DNA from: a virus
Taxonomy: Duplodnaviria > Caudoviricetes
IMG/VR virus record: IMGVR_UViG_3300045594_000287
Coordinates: 42,939 to 106,938 of that record
DNA: 64,000 nt
Strand: one strand, 5' to 3'
Below, one piece after another: positions 32,088-42,938 of the stretch. Position 1 is the stretch's first letter. Each line of letters opens with the position of its first letter. A model generated the notes under the pieces. The model saw only the letters and a program-made list of their open reading frames with translations, was not told the DNA's origin and did no database searches. The translations under genes were made by a program, and so were the position numbers.

Positions 32088-34046
32088 ATGGAAAACTTAA
32101 TCGATCTCGACTTCGCGCCCGGTATCAGGGCCAGCGACATAAACAGCAACTTCAACTTAATACATGATTGGCTGGAACGTGAACGCCTTCGTACTGCAGG
32201 CTGGGGATTAGTAGAAGGTTTCGAGATGTCTGCTAACCTCAATGATTTCACCGTGACAGTATCGGCCGGCATCATGATAAACCGGAAGGGTGAAGAGGTT
32301 CATGTGCCAGGGCATACATTCAATGTTGGCAGCCCGATAACGGTAGCCACGGTAGAGGATGTCGTAGTTCCGGAAGATGGACATATCATCCTTAAGCATC
32401 GGCCGTATTCTCCGAAACTTCGCGGATATATGACTTATAATCCGCCCAGGGATATCAACTACCCAGACCCGAATGAATTCAAAATTGAAGATGTCGTTAC
32501 GGGTATGGTGATTCCAGTGTCCCAGGTGGTCGGCAGCGATGTGTTCGTAAACATAGATGCATGGAAGGGACATGAAGTAACCATATCATATCTAAGCACC
32601 GAGAATCGAATCGACTCTATCATGCTGAATCTTGATGGTGAATACATGTACGAGAAGAGCATCATATCAACTTCCCCTTCTCATGTGGACCTTTCGGATT
32701 ACGTGAACACATTCACCATCGGCATCGTATACTGGGACATACAAGAAAGCATACGCGTACAGTTCTTCGATGAGCATCGTACGTTCCGTAAGATATACGT
32801 CGACCAGAATAACAAGCTGTATCTGAACGGCAAGCTCTACAAAGATGCTCAGATGATCTATTTCGAGAAGCCTGAGTCACCGATGATGCATGACCTATGG
32901 TATGACGAGATGAACAATGTCCTCATGATATGGAAGGAAAAGGATGGCATTGTTGGATGGTTTACCGTGAACGATCAATCGTCGATGCCGGTACGAGAGA
33001 TAAAGATGTGGAAGCCAGAAGAGAATCCGCTCGACCTGCAGACGTTCCTGTTTGCGGATAACGAAGTGAATTATCGTTATGTACCAAACACGAATGCGGT
33101 CACTGTCATCGTGGACAACACCCCGTTGATGAATGATCAATTCTCTGAGGTATTGATGCCATGCTATAAAGATTATATGAGCACAGGAATCGGGATAAAG
33201 CTGGCCGAGCCTCTGGATCATGCCGCCCATGTCCAAGTCGTTGTGACACATAGGGTACGCAGCTCGCCGCTGACAGAAACTTTCCAGCGTGCAGCGATCT
33301 TCATATCAGAAGGCGCTGACTACTATGACATCTCAAACAGCAGGAAGATCTTTACTACGAAGAGCGAGTTCGTCATCGGCGAGGATCAACTCGAGATATT
33401 CGTGAACGGGAAACGACTGGAAGAGCATAAGGACTTCGTCGAACTCAATCGACAGCAACAAGATGCCACTGAAAATGATAGAGACTATATGAGCAGATAC
33501 TTCAGAATCATAGCTGCTCTTAACAGTGGTGATCGCGTAGTTCACAAAATCAGCAAACATGTCTGGAGCTATGACCAGCTCGATCGTCTGTTGAAAGAAA
33601 CGCAAATGGATGTAGAAGAGGCATTAAAAGAGTGTAAATTATTGCGGCAAGATCTAACCCAGACGAACGCTGACTTCTCCAATCAGTTTGACGGGCTCTG
33701 CACTGAGATAGACGATATCAAAGCAGGAATTTCGAACACAGGAGATTTTCTACATAAAAACGATGTACTCACTGCCGCCAATCTAAATGACGACATTCGC
33801 AAAAGACTGATCGGCAGCAGGATTGAGGAGCTTATGCCAACAACGGCAATCGTAGCAATAAAAAATTGCACGCCCAATGACTTCTTCCAGGTCCACTATG
33901 TTAGTGAGACTGTAAATCGAATCCTAATTAGGGATACAGAATATGCCGCTCAGACTGAAGGTATAAACATGCTTATTAGCCTGCAGGCGAATCTCATCTC
34001 AAAGGGAGCAAGTATATATGTGACAGGATTTAGATTGGGGGCATAA
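32088..34046 (+). CDS. Putative baseplate/tail-fibre attachment protein (652 aa)
   Basis: SD AAAGGAG. N-terminal F..GI.ASDINSNF..GWGLVEGF..VTVSAG, an LEIFVNG beta-domain and a coiled coil. Confidence 0.5.
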   Translation: MENLIDLDFAPGIRASDINSNFNLIHDWLERERLRTAGWGLVEGFEMSANLNDFTVTVSAGIMINRKGEEVHVPGHTFNVGSPITVATVEDVVVPEDGHIILKHRPYSPKLRGYMTYNPPRDINYPDPNEFKIEDVVTGMVIPVSQVVGSDVFVNIDAWKGHEVTISYLSTENRIDSIMLNLDGEYMYEKSIISTSPSHVDLSDYVNTFTIGIVYWDIQESIRVQFFDEHRTFRKIYVDQNNKLYLNGKLYKDAQMIYFEKPESPMMHDLWYDEMNNVLMIWKEKDGIVGWFTVNDQSSMPVREIKMWKPEENPLDLQTFLFADNEVNYRYVPNTNAVTVIVDNTPLMNDQFSEVLMPCYKDYMSTGIGIKLAEPLDHAAHVQVVVTHRVRSSPLTETFQRAAIFISEGADYYDISNSRKIFTTKSEFVIGEDQLEIFVNGKRLEEHKDFVELNRQQQDATENDRDYMSRYFRIIAALNSGDRVVHKISKHVWSYDQLDRLLKETQMDVEEALKECKLLRQDLTQTNADFSNQFDGLCTEIDDIKAGISNTGDFLHKNDVLTAANLNDDIRKRLIGSRIEELMPTTAIVAIKNCTPNDFFQVHYVSETVNRILIRDTEYAAQTEGINMLISLQANLISKGASIYVTGFRLGA

Positions 34047-34050
34047 CACA

Positions 34051-34497
34051 ATGGACAAGGCAAACATTTCATGGTACGCAAAAACTGGAGCGGATATAAA
34101 ATATGCTGCTACGGAAGAGATATATGCAGGTACTCATACAGACGAAACCCCGGTAACGGCATCCGTTCAACTTTGGAACAATCGCTGGGGAAAGTATGAT
34201 GTAGAGGATTTGGCAAACTTCAACATCCTGATGTATTTCAGAGAACTTGAAGATTTCGCGCTATTGCCGTATTGCTCGATAACGGTAAACGGGAAAGCAC
34301 AGAATTTCGAGTACATAAACCATAGAGCGATCATAAAATTCGATACACCGCCGATCCTCAAAGGGACGGCCAACAATGGCAAGAGCGAGGGAAATGAAAA
34401 CAATTATTTAGCATTCGATATAACCTTCTCGGCGCCAAACAAAAATCTCAAGGAGGACGATCTGAAGTCTTTATATTTCGAGATCGTCAAACAATAA
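34051..34497 (+). CDS. Hypothetical structural protein (148 aa)
   Basis: ORF at the end of the baseplate operon. Confidence 0.5.
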   Translation: MDKANISWYAKTGADIKYAATEEIYAGTHTDETPVTASVQLWNNRWGKYDVEDLANFNILMYFRELEDFALLPYCSITVNGKAQNFEYINHRAIIKFDTPPILKGTANNGKSEGNENNYLAFDITFSAPNKNLKEDDLKSLYFEIVKQ

Positions 34498-34560
34498 CGG
34501 GGTATCAAAGGTAATAAATCCTATGAGCAAAGAATGATGGCTCGTAGGGGGACAATCATC

Positions 34561-34588
34561 AGGAGTAGTCTTCCGGCTACTCCTTTTT
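34561..34588 (+). terminator. Rho-independent terminator upstream of the tailspike gene
   Basis: AGGAGTAGTC-TTCC-GGCTACTCCT plus TTTT. Confidence 0.8.
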
Positions 34589-34620
34589 CGTTCCTCAAAA
34601 TATAGAATGGAAGTGAAATA

Positions 34621-37600
34621 GTGGACACAGAGTTCAATAAAGTACAAGCAGAAGTGCTGACAACTGATGTTACAACGAATCCATATATGGATGAAACTCC
34701 GAGATATTCTACTAACAAAGGGCTGAAAACGACCAAGAAGAATGTCATCGGAGCTATCAATGAGCTGCTTGAAGCTATTGGAGAATTGACAGATGGATCC
34801 GGCGCCGATGCAAGAGTGAGCAAAATTATCGACGTAGTCGGAAATTTCTTCAATAACCCGGATTTGCTTACGAAACTAAAAAGCATAGATAATTCTTTGA
34901 TTGAAGCTGTCTGCGATATTAATGTCCAGCTGCAGGAATTAAAGAAGAAGCAGGATGACAACTCCCTGGATCAAATCACAAAAACGATTGAAGAATTTCG
35001 AAGCATTGTAAAAGATGCAAAAGATACAGCTTATGAAGCAAAAAAGATAGCGCAGCAAGCGCTTAGCGAGATAGAGCGCATAAGCGATGCTCGATCCACT
35101 GGCGTGAAGAAATACAATATCGTATCTGACATGATAAAGGATACCGGATTGCGTTGTGATCTATATGTCGAAACGTTAGGGTATTTCTATGTTGGTGATG
35201 AAGGCGGTGCTACGTATCATATCGAAGCAAACAACCTGAATAAGCCATGGGCTATTCAACTCGACAATGGCTACTATGCCTGCATAGCTGAGACGAAACG
35301 CGTAACATATCGTATGTTTGGCGCGCCTCTAAATGGTACTGATGATGATGGCCAAGCTATGGCATGGGCGCATGATTACGCTAACAGCATCTACACGAAA
35401 GACGAAACTGGCCGTATTTTTCAGTACCCAGTAACCGTAGAAAATCATCATGGACAAATCTACAAAAAGAATAAAACCTTTATCAGCTGTTATACGAATG
35501 TTGACCTATCAGGATCAACACTCATACTTGACGACAACAATAGCACATGGTTTGGGCTGTATGTTCTTGGAGATAATGATTCAAATTACTATAACTATGA
35601 GTTCACTCCAGAACAAAAAGCAGAACTTGTAGAAGACAGCTATCATTTTAGTATGCTTGATAACAGTATTCCTGGTAACGTTGCGATCAAAATGGATGAA
35701 GGCCCATATGTTGCTCGTGATGACGCCGGGTATATGTACACTGTAAACCGTCGTGAGCTATTGATACACGACATGCATGGAATATGCGCTAGTCCACTCG
35801 TAAATGATTGGTCGGATGCTGGAGGCCGAGATATTAATTGTCCAACTACTGATGAAATAACAAAAGTGGTCAGCTTATATCATCACACTACTCATAGTAC
35901 AGTTTCATTTACGCACATTCCTAACCAAAGAATATGTTTTACCGGCTGTGATGTCCTGCTTAATCAAGGTGCAGATAAATACTGCTCGATCCTTTGGGTA
36001 AAACGCCACAATTGCATCGTTAAGGATTTTGTCATGAGACCTCATCGTGACAAACTGCGCAACAGCATGTTCAAGAACTCCATGATCTACATCTGGGATT
36101 CATACAATGTGGTTGTACAGAATATCCAGGGATTCAACTCTTCCGGCCGCAGTGATGACGGAAAAAAATGGAACGCTACATCTGGTTACATGGTTCGTAT
36201 GACGAACTGTTCGGATGTCGTCGTGAGGGACTGCCGGCTGCTCGGATATTGGGGTGCCACCGCGATGGACTCCACAAAGAATATCCGCTTTGAGCGCTGC
36301 CAGATCAATCGTATTGATTCCCATGACTACGTATCGAATCTTTCGATTGATGATTGCATCATATATAACCATGGTGTACAGGTTGGTTATGGAACAGGCA
36401 TGCTTTCTATCACAAACTGCGCATTTTATCTGAAGCCGATCGTTGATATGCCATATCCAGATAACCATCTCCTTGAGCTTAATCTTTCATACGGTCGAGT
36501 GTTTGGTGGAAAGGTATATATCAACAACTGCAGATGTCAAAGCTTCGATTCATCCGACTATAAACTGGTAAAAGCAGAGTTCAGTCCAAATGCTGTATCG
36601 ATACAGCCGCAGTTCAAGTTCCCAGAGATCACAATAGAAAATATTAAAGTCGATCTGCCGAAGGGAACCAATCTGATCTATATACAAGTTGAAGGTAGTC
36701 GCGATGCACATAGCGGAACAACTGCAACCAAACCTCGCCATATAACTTACCAGACGGAAGATAACGATATTATCTGGGAATATCACGGCCGTGTATTTGA
36801 TTGGGCTCCAGGCGTCCGGGTAGAAGTAGACGACGTCTTCAAGAACGCTTACGGGTATTTCGTATGCCGTAAGGCAGGCCAGCTAGATACAAAGAAAAAT
36901 CCTGATGACACGTCGGGGAATTGGTTTGCGAATGGCTCTTCAGAATGCCGTTTTATCGGAGTAAGCGCCATATGGAGAGCACGTCATAAATATAATGTCA
37001 ATGACATCATCGTTGTAGAGCCAAACCATGACTTCCCCGGATTCGTCTATAAGTGCGTAAACGTAAAAAAAGCCGGCGGTGAATCTAACGGCGAGATGCC
37101 TGTACATGAAGAACTCGGAAAAGTAGTGCTTGAAGGTACGCAGGTTCCTTTGGATGGTATCCCCTGGAAATACATTGGTAAAAAAGCGAATCTCATAAAA
37201 GATTGGCCTGTAGGTGGAGAAATTGTCAAAGATGAATATTATCTCTGCGGAAGAAATATCTATCACGTTATTCAGAGCGGCACTACTGATCCACAAACTT
37301 CACCAACGCAGCGCGGATGGTTCTTCCAGGAAATAACTGGTAAAGCAGTTGTCGAATATGTTGGCGGCCTTTGGGAGCCTCAAATGTGGTTTGACTTAAA
37401 CTCTTACTGCATTGCCAACGACAATGTATACCAATGCGTGGAGCATTATGGTACAACAACCGGTGAGTACCCGCAATACAACAATGGATATGCGAACGAC
37501 AACGACATCATCTGGAAAGATTTAGGGTCAACAAAGGACCTCTTGAGATCTTGGACTGCCCATACGACCTATACGACGGGAACCATTATCCATACGAATA

Positions 37601-38814
37601 TCGGAACGTATCGTGTAGTAGCTGGACCTTGCGGGCCAAGCATGCCTACATCGAAAGATGTGAATGAAGAGATCAAAGATGGCTCTCTCATAGATAAATA
37701 TATCGGGACAGGAGATGTATGGCATGCGTCTACGCATTATGACGTAGGAGACATTGTGATCGATAACACAAAGATATATCGCTGCATCGTAGCCGGCACT
37801 TCCGCATCAAGCGGCTGGGGTCCGGTAGAACTACAGGGAACCATCATCGATGGCCAGAATACGTGGGAAACGTTGACAGCTGTTGGCATATGGAGAACCT
37901 CCGGGAAGACCTATAAAGACGGCACTTACTTCCTTTGCGACGATAGCGACGGGAAGCATATCAATGTCTACTTATCATACCCGGGCGCATCGGGAGATCA
38001 AGAGCCGACTGATACATCCGGATCCTCATTCAAGAACGGTGATATCTACATGGAATTCGTAAGCCATAGCCAAGGGTATCCAGACTGGGCAGAGAAGACG
38101 GCATATGCGATCGGTGATCGGGTTATCTCAAACGCTCGCGTCTATGAATGCATATTCGATGGCAAGGTAGCACTTCCTCATCGCATGATGTTCAACAACA
38201 TCGAAACGAACGTAAGCAGCGTCACTCCATTCTTATTCAAGGAAAAGACAAGCATACCTATACGGATGAGTGATGATCGCTGCGAGATCGTATTCAGGGA
38301 TTGCGCCAATATATCAAGCTCGTCTATCCCTATCGGGATAGCATGGTTTGGACTCATAAGCAATCCTTCTCCTAGCATATCGTATGAGTTCGGAGCTCCG
38401 TCAGGTGCAGATATGAAACAGATCCAGGATTCTATCAGCACACTGCAGACATCACTCAGTCAGTGCTTGAGTGCAGGATCGATGAAGGATATCTACAGGT
38501 TCCGTGGAAACGTTGCCCGCTACGAGGATCTGCCAGCACAAGCAGATCGTGGCGATGTGTACAATATCGTTTCCGCTGATGCAACCCACAAGCTTGCCCC
38601 TGGAGCGAACGTAGCCTGGAACGGCACAGAATGGGATGCCTTGGGCGGACAAACAGGTACAGGAACATCTACAGGCCCTGCAAGCTATTACGACACCATA
38701 ACGGATGCCGAGCTCGATTACATCATAAGCGGGCAAGGCATACCGGGAGATGACCCGCATAGTGCAGATGCATTGACGGATAAGGATATCGATCAGATCA
38801 TTGATTCCAATTGA
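34621..38814 (+). CDS. Tailspike/receptor-binding protein 1: coiled coil, pectate-lyase-like beta-helix, multiple CBM5/12-like repeats
   Basis: VETLGYF..GDEGGATY..FGA..NG..DD tailspike entry motif and beta-helix Asn/Cys ladders. Repeats such as WHASTHYDVGDIV..IYRC and WAEKTAYAIGDRV..VYEC. Confidence 0.75.
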   Translation: MDTEFNKVQAEVLTTDVTTNPYMDETPRYSTNKGLKTTKKNVIGAINELLEAIGELTDGSGADARVSKIIDVVGNFFNNPDLLTKLKSIDNSLIEAVCDINVQLQELKKKQDDNSLDQITKTIEEFRSIVKDAKDTAYEAKKIAQQALSEIERISDARSTGVKKYNIVSDMIKDTGLRCDLYVETLGYFYVGDEGGATYHIEANNLNKPWAIQLDNGYYACIAETKRVTYRMFGAPLNGTDDDGQAMAWAHDYANSIYTKDETGRIFQYPVTVENHHGQIYKKNKTFISCYTNVDLSGSTLILDDNNSTWFGLYVLGDNDSNYYNYEFTPEQKAELVEDSYHFSMLDNSIPGNVAIKMDEGPYVARDDAGYMYTVNRRELLIHDMHGICASPLVNDWSDAGGRDINCPTTDEITKVVSLYHHTTHSTVSFTHIPNQRICFTGCDVLLNQGADKYCSILWVKRHNCIVKDFVMRPHRDKLRNSMFKNSMIYIWDSYNVVVQNIQGFNSSGRSDDGKKWNATSGYMVRMTNCSDVVVRDCRLLGYWGATAMDSTKNIRFERCQINRIDSHDYVSNLSIDDCIIYNHGVQVGYGTGMLSITNCAFYLKPIVDMPYPDNHLLELNLSYGRVFGGKVYINNCRCQSFDSSDYKLVKAEFSPNAVSIQPQFKFPEITIENIKVDLPKGTNLIYIQVEGSRDAHSGTTATKPRHITYQTEDNDIIWEYHGRVFDWAPGVRVEVDDVFKNAYGYFVCRKAGQLDTKKNPDDTSGNWFANGSSECRFIGVSAIWRARHKYNVNDIIVVEPNHDFPGFVYKCVNVKKAGGESNGEMPVHEELGKVVLEGTQVPLDGIPWKYIGKKANLIKDWPVGGEIVKDEYYLCGRNIYHVIQSGTTDPQTSPTQRGWFFQEITGKAVVEYVGGLWEPQMWFDLNSYCIANDNVYQCVEHYGTTTGEYPQYNNGYANDNDIIWKDLGSTKDLLRSWTAHTTYTTGTIIHTNIGTYRVVAGPCGPSMPTSKDVNEEIKDGSLIDKYIGTGDVWHASTHYDVGDIVIDNTKIYRCIVAGTSASSGWGPVELQGTIIDGQNTWETLTAVGIWRTSGKTYKDGTYFLCDDSDGKHINVYLSYPGASGDQEPTDTSGSSFKNGDIYMEFVSHSQGYPDWAEKTAYAIGDRVISNARVYECIFDGKVALPHRMMFNNIETNVSSVTPFLFKEKTSIPIRMSDDRCEIVFRDCANISSSSIPIGIAWFGLISNPSPSISYEFGAPSGADMKQIQDSISTLQTSLSQCLSAGSMKDIYRFRGNVARYEDLPAQADRGDVYNIVSADATHKLAPGANVAWNGTEWDALGGQTGTGTSTGPASYYDTITDAELDYIISGQGIPGDDPHSADALTDKDIDQIIDSN

Positions 38815-38826
38815 GGAGGCTAATAA

Positions 38827-41157
38827 ATGGCAGATACAAAGGATTACTTCCTTGACCGCGAGGGACTCGCATATTTCTATCGGCGGATAAGCAAGAAATT
38901 CGCGAAGAACGTGACGGTCAACGGAGTAGGGCAGGATGACAGCGGAGCGATAACAGTCGACTCCGTTGCCCATGCCAACACGGCAACTGAAGATGAATAT
39001 GGTAACAGAATTGCCATGACATATGCAACAAAAAAAGAATTGTCTGATGCGAAACTAAATGGCGGCGGCGGGAATACTCCAACTCCATCTCTGAGTGGAT
39101 ACATTAAAACAATTAATGGCTTATCGGCGGACAGTAATGGGAATATCACCATTACTCAGGTGGATAAGGCAAATTCAGCTACGACTGCAGCGACTGCCGC
39201 AAAAGCAGATACCGCAACGAACGCAACGAGTGCAACAAAAGCAGGGTCTGCTGATAATGCCGATCATGCAAACAAAGCTGATCTTGACAGCGATGGAAAC
39301 AATATCGTAACTACATATGCTACCAAGAAAGAACTCTCAGACGCTAAAAAAAGTTTTAGCGGAGGAGGAAGTTCTGGCGGCGTAAAACAGATATTCAATA
39401 CCGTACAAGAATTAAAGGTAACCTCCGGGCTGCCAGTAGACAGTTACGTTCAAACACTTGGCTATTACAACTACGGAGATGAAGGAACAGGAACATACCG
39501 TATCGCCACAGCAAGTGAAAATGAATGGGATGTTCCATTGGCCGATGGCAAGTTCGCGATCCTTTCGAATAAGGATCGTGTAACTTATGCGATGTTTGGA
39601 GCAAAGCTTGACGGAAAAACTGATGATGAGAAAGCTATCATGAATGCACACGCTTATGCAAATGTATGTGGAGCAAAAGTAGAAAACCACCACGGAACTA
39701 TATACAAGAAAAGCCCAGCGGTTATCCGATGTCTAACGAGCGTAGACCTTTCCGGGTCGAAGCTTATCATGGATGATAACAATACTGCATTCTTCTCCTG
39801 GTGGAAGCTCGGCGACTGCATGGAAAGTCAAAGTGTTCATGAATTTGACATGTCCACTTATAAAAGCCAATTAACAGCCGGCACAAGCGGAATCAACTTT
39901 GCAGATAACGGACCACAGCTACCTCAAAACGTAGTAGTAAAACTCAGCGAAGATCCATATATGACTCGTAATGACTCTGGTAATCGATACAATGTAGATC
40001 GTACGGAGTTATTCGTTCACGATGTAAATGGAATTTGTACTGGCCCGCTTATTGATGATTGGGTAAATGCAGGAAACCGGACTCTGCCGGGAACCTCAGA
40101 TAAATCAACATTTATTTGTACATACTCGGCCATACCTAAAAACACATTGACATTCGTAGGCTGCGAAGTTCATATCAAAGTATCTGCAAAAACGCAGGTT
40201 GGTTTGATACAGTGCACCAGGCACAATGTTGTCATCCGTGACTTTACAATCATTGTCGATCCGGAAAGCATGCATAACATCCAGCTATTTAAGGCTGCTA
40301 TATTTTACCTGAGGGAGTGCTATAATGTCACACTGGAAAATATCATAAGCACGAATCTGGCTGGCTTCAATACGGCCGAAGCAAAAGCAACGTCTGGCTA
40401 TGTATTCGATGCAAACTGCGCAATGAAAATCCTTATAAGGCATTGCCACTTCAATGGCTATTGGGGATCGACTTGCATGGACAACATAAAAGACGTCCAT
40501 ATCGAAGACTGCACCACTAACCGTATCGATGTCCATAACTATTTCAGGGATCTGTACATCCGTGACGTTACGTTACAGACCCACGGAATCCAAATTGGCT
40601 ACGGTTCCGGTATCTGCAGCATAGAGAATGTCACATGCAGTTATCAGCCATTGAATGGTATGACGCATCCGAATGCTTTCTTGGAATTTAACAATAGTTA
40701 TGGGCAACTGTTTCATGGAATGCTTTCGATCAACAATCTCGTATTCGAAGTCTTCGGCCCCGGCGGCGATTCAGACAGCAATCCAGTTCTTTGTTATCTT
40801 GAATTCAATGACGGTGCTGCTTGTGTAGATGAATCGATCAAACAGACATTACCAGAGATGCGTTTCAAAAATATATGTTTTAATGTACATAATAACTTAC
40901 CTCTATATTTCTTTGAAATATGGGGGACGGCATCCAGTACGGTATATAATCCCCGCTTGATCAGCCTTGAGAACATCATATGCAATCAAGATAAAGCTTA
41001 TATGGCTTTGGTTCACGATGGAGTAAAGGTGACGACAGCAAACACGAGCGACGTCGTTGGCAGCAAAATATCTATCCAAAATGTCCCAGGATTTACCAAT
41101 ACGGCTACATGGATCGGCAGTGGAAAATCTCCAACTGTTAAGAACTATGACGCCTAA
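38827..41157 (+). CDS. Tailspike 2 (beta-helix putative depolymerase), paralogue of tailspike 1
   Basis: Shares VENHHG.IYKK, VDLSGS.LI.DDNN, RNDSG..Y.V.R.EL..HD, GYWG.T.MD..K and LE.N.SYG with tailspike 1. Confidence 0.75.
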   Translation: MADTKDYFLDREGLAYFYRRISKKFAKNVTVNGVGQDDSGAITVDSVAHANTATEDEYGNRIAMTYATKKELSDAKLNGGGGNTPTPSLSGYIKTINGLSADSNGNITITQVDKANSATTAATAAKADTATNATSATKAGSADNADHANKADLDSDGNNIVTTYATKKELSDAKKSFSGGGSSGGVKQIFNTVQELKVTSGLPVDSYVQTLGYYNYGDEGTGTYRIATASENEWDVPLADGKFAILSNKDRVTYAMFGAKLDGKTDDEKAIMNAHAYANVCGAKVENHHGTIYKKSPAVIRCLTSVDLSGSKLIMDDNNTAFFSWWKLGDCMESQSVHEFDMSTYKSQLTAGTSGINFADNGPQLPQNVVVKLSEDPYMTRNDSGNRYNVDRTELFVHDVNGICTGPLIDDWVNAGNRTLPGTSDKSTFICTYSAIPKNTLTFVGCEVHIKVSAKTQVGLIQCTRHNVVIRDFTIIVDPESMHNIQLFKAAIFYLRECYNVTLENIISTNLAGFNTAEAKATSGYVFDANCAMKILIRHCHFNGYWGSTCMDNIKDVHIEDCTTNRIDVHNYFRDLYIRDVTLQTHGIQIGYGSGICSIENVTCSYQPLNGMTHPNAFLEFNNSYGQLFHGMLSINNLVFEVFGPGGDSDSNPVLCYLEFNDGAACVDESIKQTLPEMRFKNICFNVHNNLPLYFFEIWGTASSTVYNPRLISLENIICNQDKAYMALVHDGVKVTTANTSDVVGSKISIQNVPGFTNTATWIGSGKSPTVKNYDA

Positions 41158-41168
41158 GGAGGATTAAT

Positions 41169-42293
41169 ATGGCTACAGGATCTTATTTAGATGTTGCCGG
41201 TGTTGCTCACTTCTTCACGAAGCTATGTAATGTTTTCGGCAAAACTAAGAAAGTAAATGGAATCACACCAGATGAAACCGGCAATGTAAAACTCGAAACA
41301 ATATCAAAAGCAATCTCGGACCAAAATGGCCATGAGATATCAAGTACATATGCAACGAAGCAGGAACTTGCCCAGGCATCGATGGCCTCATCCGTCGGAA
41401 TCATTTCCGGGGTATCGATGGTGAACAGCATAAGACCAGACAAATTTGGCAATGTTGAGATTGATGTTATAGACAAAGCGATGTGCGATCAGTACGGTAA
41501 CACAATTTCCTCCACATATGTATCAAATGCTGCACTTAACGATAAGCTCGCTCTATATCCAACCATGAAAGAAATGTGGAAAGCCGTATCCTCGGGGACG
41601 GTTATTTCGGTAAATGGCGTGCATCCAGATCAAGAAGGGGATGTACAGATCAAGAACGTAGAAATTGCATCCAGCGCAGGGGTGGCTCAGAACGCAACCT
41701 GCGATAGTATCGGACGAGTAATCACAACAACATATGCCACAAAAGAAGATCTCAAGAATCTATCGCCTAGCAGTGGAGGTGGCGGCACAGTAAAAGCTGT
41801 AAACGGTATCTCTCCAGATGGAGTAGGTAATGTTACCATTTCTACAGTAGCAAACGCTACTCGGGCTACTAACGCCACATACGACGGTACTGGTAATGAA
41901 ATCTCCAGTTTTTATGCTACTAAAACGGAATTAGAAGCAGTCAAGAAAAGTATCTCGGATAATAAGGGGGGCGGGACAACCCCAACACCTACTGATTCAA
42001 CCGGATACGTAAAAAACGTTTCCACTAAGGTGAAGACAGGAGATTGTAATTTGCTGGTTGCTGGTGGCACGTATATAATTGATTCTGCTGTCACGAATAA
42101 CCCAGCAAACACAGAAGGATATCTGCAAGTACTTCCTGGAACTGATACGGATCCAAGCAGCAGTACATGCGCTCAACTATTTATTGCTGCAAGTACTGGA
42201 GTTCTTTATACTAGAACATCTTATTGGCAAGAACCAGATTACAACAAGATTGCATGGAGAAGTTGGAATAAACTCACTCCTGCAGCATCATAA
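41169..42293 (+). CDS. Tail fibre with repeated VNG..PD..GNV / D..GN.I..TYATK modules and a C-terminal knob-like domain
   Basis: Four module repeats; C-terminal G.Y..NNP..GYLQV..QLF..YTR..W.SW. Confidence 0.7.
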   Translation: MATGSYLDVAGVAHFFTKLCNVFGKTKKVNGITPDETGNVKLETISKAISDQNGHEISSTYATKQELAQASMASSVGIISGVSMVNSIRPDKFGNVEIDVIDKAMCDQYGNTISSTYVSNAALNDKLALYPTMKEMWKAVSSGTVISVNGVHPDQEGDVQIKNVEIASSAGVAQNATCDSIGRVITTTYATKEDLKNLSPSSGGGGTVKAVNGISPDGVGNVTISTVANATRATNATYDGTGNEISSFYATKTELEAVKKSISDNKGGGTTPTPTDSTGYVKNVSTKVKTGDCNLLVAGGTYIIDSAVTNNPANTEGYLQVLPGTDTDPSSSTCAQLFIAASTGVLYTRTSYWQEPDYNKIAWRSWNKLTPAAS

Positions 42294-42298
42294 ATATA

Positions 42299-42324
42299 GA
42301 CTCCGACCTCGGTCGGAGTTTTTT
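42299..42324 (+). terminator. Rho-independent terminator
   Basis: ACTCCGAC-CTCG-GTCGGAGT plus T tract. Confidence 0.85.
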
Positions 42325-42416
42325 CTTTTATCTGTACAATTTGTAAGTGTACGTTGGGTGTTCTACAGCGTAATCAATTTATGAAATACAATTTCATGAA
42401 TAAAGGAGGAATACTC

Positions 42417-42938
42417 ATGGAAGGATTATCAGGCATCGTCTCCTCGCTGGCAACAGTTACTCCTGGTTACGGTATCTTTCTATCCATCATGGCCCTAATT
42501 GGCTTCTATGTTTGGTACTATATGTCCAAAATACTCAAGCCAAGAATTGACGAACGAGAGAAGAGAGAAACCGCAGCGGTGAAAAACCAAACTCATTCAT
42601 TGAATCTACTACAGAAAACAGTAGATGCAAATGAAGGAGTAACCAAACAACTCATGTCAACGATGAACCGACTTGATCTCACCTTAGAAAAAGTCTCTGA
42701 AAAACTCAGCAGCGTAGACGAGCGTACCTCCAATGATTCAAAGATGCTTAGTGATATTAATAACAACATGCCGTCAAAGGATAATGTTAATAAACTTCAC
42801 GAGCGAATCAATGCAATCACTGATAACATGGCAGACAAAAATGATGTCAAGCGCATCATGGATGCTGTCAATGAGGTCAGCAACGGAGTATCCAAAGCAA
42901 ATGAAGCTTTGGTCGAGCTCCGAGCAAAGCAATCCTAA
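42417..42938 (+). CDS. Membrane protein with an N-terminal TM helix and coiled coil (holin-like, BhlA/XhlA-type architecture)
   Basis: Start reassigned to ATG 42417 after AAAGGAGGA; TM segment YGIFLSIMALIGFYVWYYM. Confidence 0.5.
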   Translation: MEGLSGIVSSLATVTPGYGIFLSIMALIGFYVWYYMSKILKPRIDEREKRETAAVKNQTHSLNLLQKTVDANEGVTKQLMSTMNRLDLTLEKVSEKLSSVDERTSNDSKMLSDINNNMPSKDNVNKLHERINAITDNMADKNDVKRIMDAVNEVSNGVSKANEALVELRAKQS

